This document shows, in pieces, positions 60,965 to 64,000 of a stretch of 64,000 bases of DNA. Source of the stretch: Pseudomonadota bacterium (GTDB lineage: Bacteria; Bdellovibrionota; Bacteriovoracia; Bacteriovoracales; Bacteriovoracaceae); assembly GCA_027487685.1 (NCBI GenBank), contig JAIYDC010000133.1, positions 73,325 to 137,324 of the forward strand, read 5' to 3'. The first letter of the stretch is position 1. Each line of letters begins with the position of its first letter. Position numbers and translations under genes: made by a program. The notes under the pieces were generated by a model, which saw only the letters and a program-made list of their open reading frames with translations, did no database searches and was not told the origin of the DNA.

Positions 60965-62284
60965 ATGTCAAACAGGGCCAAAACCATCCTCCTTATTCTA
61001 GGCGATCTTGCGTGTTTACTAATTGCGCTAACGGCGACAATTGCGATCAAGACGGGCGGGAACTGGCGGCATAATTATTTTGACGCGCATTTTGAACTCT
61101 TTCTTTTCGTCTACCCTTTCTGGTTTATGGTCTTTTTTATCGAGGGCCTCTACGCGCTCCGGATATATAACCCGGCCTCACTACCGATTTCGCTCCTAAG
61201 GAGCATGAGCCTGAACCTCGCCGGCTCTTACGTCATCATCTACCTCCTACCAACTAACATCACAAAGCTTACACCCAAGACGAATCTGATAATCATCTCA
61301 GTCATTGCCCTCATTCTGCTTTACGGCTGGCGAAAACTCTTTCTTTCGTTTTTCTCCGACGTGCGGCGAAACCGTGGCGTCCTCGTCATTGGCTCAGACA
61401 CGACAACCGAGCTCGTCTGCGCAGAGATCAAGCGCAAACCTTACCTGGGTTACCGGATCATTCGAACGATGAAGACTGAGCACGCAGTCCAGGAAAAGCT
61501 CCCAGAAGGTGTAGAGCTAATCGCCGTAGAGCGCGGGTCGACTAAAGACACGCTGCTCCTTCAACAGATATTTAACCTCCTGGGAACCGTCGAAATCATC
61601 GACCTTGCGAAGTTCGCAGAAAAAATTTCCGGAAAGATCCCTCTTCAATCGATCGATGAAACATGGTTCATTGAGTACTGCGGTCATCAGGAAAGCCGCT
61701 CCTATGACATCATGAAGTCGCTTCTTGATCGGTCGGTGGCCCTTATTCTCATTGTACTGCTCATTCCAGTTGCCATCTTCCTTATTCCCCTTCTTCTGCT
61801 GGTGCACGGAAGACCCATTCTCTTTACTCAGACTCGAACAGGGCTTAATAACAAGGCCTTTACCCTTTATAAACTCCGCTCCATGGTACGAGACGCCGAA
61901 AAAAGTGGCGCACAGTGGGCGAAGCCGGGAGATACTAGAATCACGCCACTGGGTAAGCTTCTGCGAAAGACTCGACTCGACGAACTTCCGCAGCTCATCA
62001 ATATCCTTAAGGGAGAGATGAGTCTCGTTGGACCTCGGCCTGAAAGGCCTGAGATCATTGAAAAGCAGCTTGCTCCCACTATCCCATTTTACAATCTCAG
62101 GCACATGGTTAAGCCGGGGGTTACGGGGTGGGCCCAGGTAACCTTCCGATACGGCTATTCGGCGGAGGACTCCTTAGAGAAACTCCAGTACGACCTCTTT
62201 TACGTCAAGAACCGCAGTCTCTTCCTCGATGTGATTGTGATCCTCAAGACGATTAAAACGGTTCTAACCGGCGCGGGCCAGTAA
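60965..62284 (+). CDS. Polyprenyl glycosylphosphotransferase (WcaJ/WbaP-like)
   Basis: YKLRSM, DTRITPLGKLLRKTRLDELPQL, GEMSLVGPRPE, KPGVTGWAQV, YDLFY. Confidence 0.93.
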   Translation: MSNRAKTILLILGDLACLLIALTATIAIKTGGNWRHNYFDAHFELFLFVYPFWFMVFFIEGLYALRIYNPASLPISLLRSMSLNLAGSYVIIYLLPTNITKLTPKTNLIIISVIALILLYGWRKLFLSFFSDVRRNRGVLVIGSDTTTELVCAEIKRKPYLGYRIIRTMKTEHAVQEKLPEGVELIAVERGSTKDTLLLQQIFNLLGTVEIIDLAKFAEKISGKIPLQSIDETWFIEYCGHQESRSYDIMKSLLDRSVALILIVLLIPVAIFLIPLLLLVHGRPILFTQTRTGLNNKAFTLYKLRSMVRDAEKSGAQWAKPGDTRITPLGKLLRKTRLDELPQLINILKGEMSLVGPRPERPEIIEKQLAPTIPFYNLRHMVKPGVTGWAQVTFRYGYSAEDSLEKLQYDLFYVKNRSLFLDVIVILKTIKTVLTGAGQ

Positions 62285-62294
62285 GCGGAGTTAG

Positions 62295-63410
62295 ATGAAA
62301 AGCTACTTCTTGATCGTCCTGAACCGGGTCCTTGAAGTCGTGTCTCGGTTCTTTTTTCTTGGTCAATGCTTAAAACTCTTTGATTTTGAGAGCTATGGCA
62401 CAATCTCCTACAAAATCGCTCTCTACCAGTTTATTGCATCGATGCTGTATTCGGGAACACTCCAGTCCCTCAGCAAATACTCAGCAGACGAGCATGGCAA
62501 GCAGCAGAGCCTCCTCACCACACTCTCCTTAGTGGCACTGATCGGGGCAGGATTTCTGTACATTTTCGACGGCAGCGAGGCCCTCATTTTTCTTTTCTAC
62601 GGTCTCCTCTATATTCAAAACGGCTGGTACGGAACGCAAGAGAACCAAGTCTTCTTCAGTACGATGCGCAGCCTTGCCTTTGTTGCTCAGGCCATTTTCT
62701 TTACCTGGTTTGTTCCGGGTGACCTCATTTCAGGAGTCTACCTTAGTTTTGGCGCCGCCAGTATCGTGCTCCTCGCTTGCTTTCCCTATCAGAAACTCGT
62801 AGCGAGTGTTCTCCCTTGGGAAGATTGGGGAATTTTCTTCAAATTCCAGATCCATAATCTTGTTTTCCAGTTCACGAAGATCGCCGAACGCTCGACACTG
62901 CTTTTGATTCTCGACAAAAAGACCTTTGGTCTCTATTCCTCGATCCGAGACATTATTAACGCAGCTAACCTAACCTTCTTTTCACCAGTCTATCTGACTT
63001 ACTACAAGAAGCTTGCAAACGGAGCGGATTTCCGGCCTTTCCTCAGGAGAAGTACGGCCGGTCTCTTGGCCTTCTCGGTCTTGGGAGTCCTTTGGGTCCA
63101 AGGTCTTGGGGGGTACATTCTGATGGCCCTTGAAAAACTAGGGATTGCAAAATTTTCGATCTTCGACATCACTTTCGTCGTGATCCTGCTGGCCCTCGAT
63201 TTCTATAAGGCCATCTTAATGATGATCTTTGAATCCAGGCACAAGTTTCGAATCCTATTTCAGGCCCACTTTGTTGACCTAGCCACGCTCTGTGTTAGTA
63301 TGGTCTTATTTTTTTCGAGTCTCTCTTACTATGGAAGACTATTGGTAGTTCTTTCTAGTAGATTACTCTTGGTTAATCTTTATTATCGATGGAAACAGAA
63401 AGAGCTATGA
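62295..63410 (+). CDS. Polysaccharide flippase (Wzx-like) membrane protein
   Basis: Many TMs, ends of typical Wzx segments (ETYG.ISY; FGLYS); context. Confidence 0.55.
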   Translation: MKSYFLIVLNRVLEVVSRFFFLGQCLKLFDFESYGTISYKIALYQFIASMLYSGTLQSLSKYSADEHGKQQSLLTTLSLVALIGAGFLYIFDGSEALIFLFYGLLYIQNGWYGTQENQVFFSTMRSLAFVAQAIFFTWFVPGDLISGVYLSFGAASIVLLACFPYQKLVASVLPWEDWGIFFKFQIHNLVFQFTKIAERSTLLLILDKKTFGLYSSIRDIINAANLTFFSPVYLTYYKKLANGADFRPFLRRSTAGLLAFSVLGVLWVQGLGGYILMALEKLGIAKFSIFDITFVVILLALDFYKAILMMIFESRHKFRILFQAHFVDLATLCVSMVLFFSSLSYYGRLLVVLSSRLLLVNLYYRWKQKEL

Positions 63411-64000
63411 ATCTCCTTATCCTCGAGCCTCCGTATTCACACTTATTTAAGGAACTAGCAAAAGCGCTAAAGCCTAACCGAACTCATGTTCATTTGTTTA
63501 ACCTCGGGTACCTCATCTATCTTCCGAACTTCAGATTCAGTTTTGTGAGCCTAAAGCTTCGGAATTGGAAACCAAGGCAAGAGAGCATCCAGCGTGTACA
63601 TAAGATCCGGAGCCTTGCGAACTCAAACATCAAAACGCCGAACCCACTAGAGCTGCGTTTGATGGCGGCGTACTTGGAGTACTTTGAAAGTTTCGTCAAA
63701 GAGAATCAAATCACTCACGTCATCTGCCACAACGACCTTCGCTGGCAGCATGCTATAGCACGTGAAGTTACTCAAGAGCTTGGAGTGGAGATTTTCTTTT
63801 CTGAAGAGGGACTCTTCAGACCTCACACCCTTACCTTTGATCCTAAGGGCGTCAACGCCTTTTCATCCGTGCCCCGAAGCCCTGATTTCTATGAACGGCA
63901 CGGATTTACTGTGCGATCAACTTTTCGGCCTTTGATCAATCGCCAACTCGCACGGGCCCTACGTCTATTTTATTTTGTAAATTTTATGATATTGAATAAG
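63407..64000 (+). CDS. KpsS/capsule-synthesis family protein, 5' part (not in ORF track)
   Basis: Open from ATG 63407 to window end; FSEEGLFRPHTLTFDPKGVNAFSSVPR resembles KpsS FEEGY.RP...L...GVN..S.LP; ATGA overlap. Confidence 0.75.
   Translation, partial: MNLLILEPPYSHLFKELAKALKPNRTHVHLFNLGYLIYLPNFRFSFVSLKLRNWKPRQESIQRVHKIRSLANSNIKTPNPLELRLMAAYLEYFESFVKENQITHVICHNDLRWQHAIAREVTQELGVEIFFSEEGLFRPHTLTFDPKGVNAFSSVPRSPDFYERHGFTVRSTFRPLINRQLARALRLFYFVNFMILNK

Overview
Chromosomal window, most likely from a Bdellovibrionota predator of the Bacteriovoracaceae type (inference from the 277-aa flagellin, Tgt-MnmC-like fusion, and site-2 protease-scpA-scpB-rluB and trmB-dnaG-rpoD synteny). Left 19 kb: pseudaminic acid operon (pseB,C,F,G,H,I), gmd-fcl, and an AT-rich glycan block (MBOAT/SGNH acylation, 2OG dioxygenase, ABC flippase, TylF methylase, and a second ulosonic acid pathway with a NeuB-cupin fusion). 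Middle: TetR/SDR, truA, tgt fusion, TA pair beside tRNA-fMet, housekeeping genes, flagellin, rpoD, SNF2 helicase, LPS, queuosine and folate genes. Right: an AT-rich six-gene signalling cassette, then ugd, waaL-like, sugar transferase, wzx-like and kpsS-like genes. Two main leads. (1) pseG lies inverted in its canonical operon slot between 7-bp inverted repeats; flipping it restores frame at both junctions and gives one 709-aa PseF-PseG-PseH protein (candidate intragenic inverton). (2) An unannotated 42-aa secreted-peptide gene sits in a tightly coupled operon with an orphan peptide-binding protein, histidine kinase, S33-like peptidase, membrane methyltransferase and stand-alone receiver (candidate Gram-negative peptide signalling system). 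No CRISPR array, rRNA, transposase or recombinase gene was seen. All calls are from motif recognition by eye; no database search was run.
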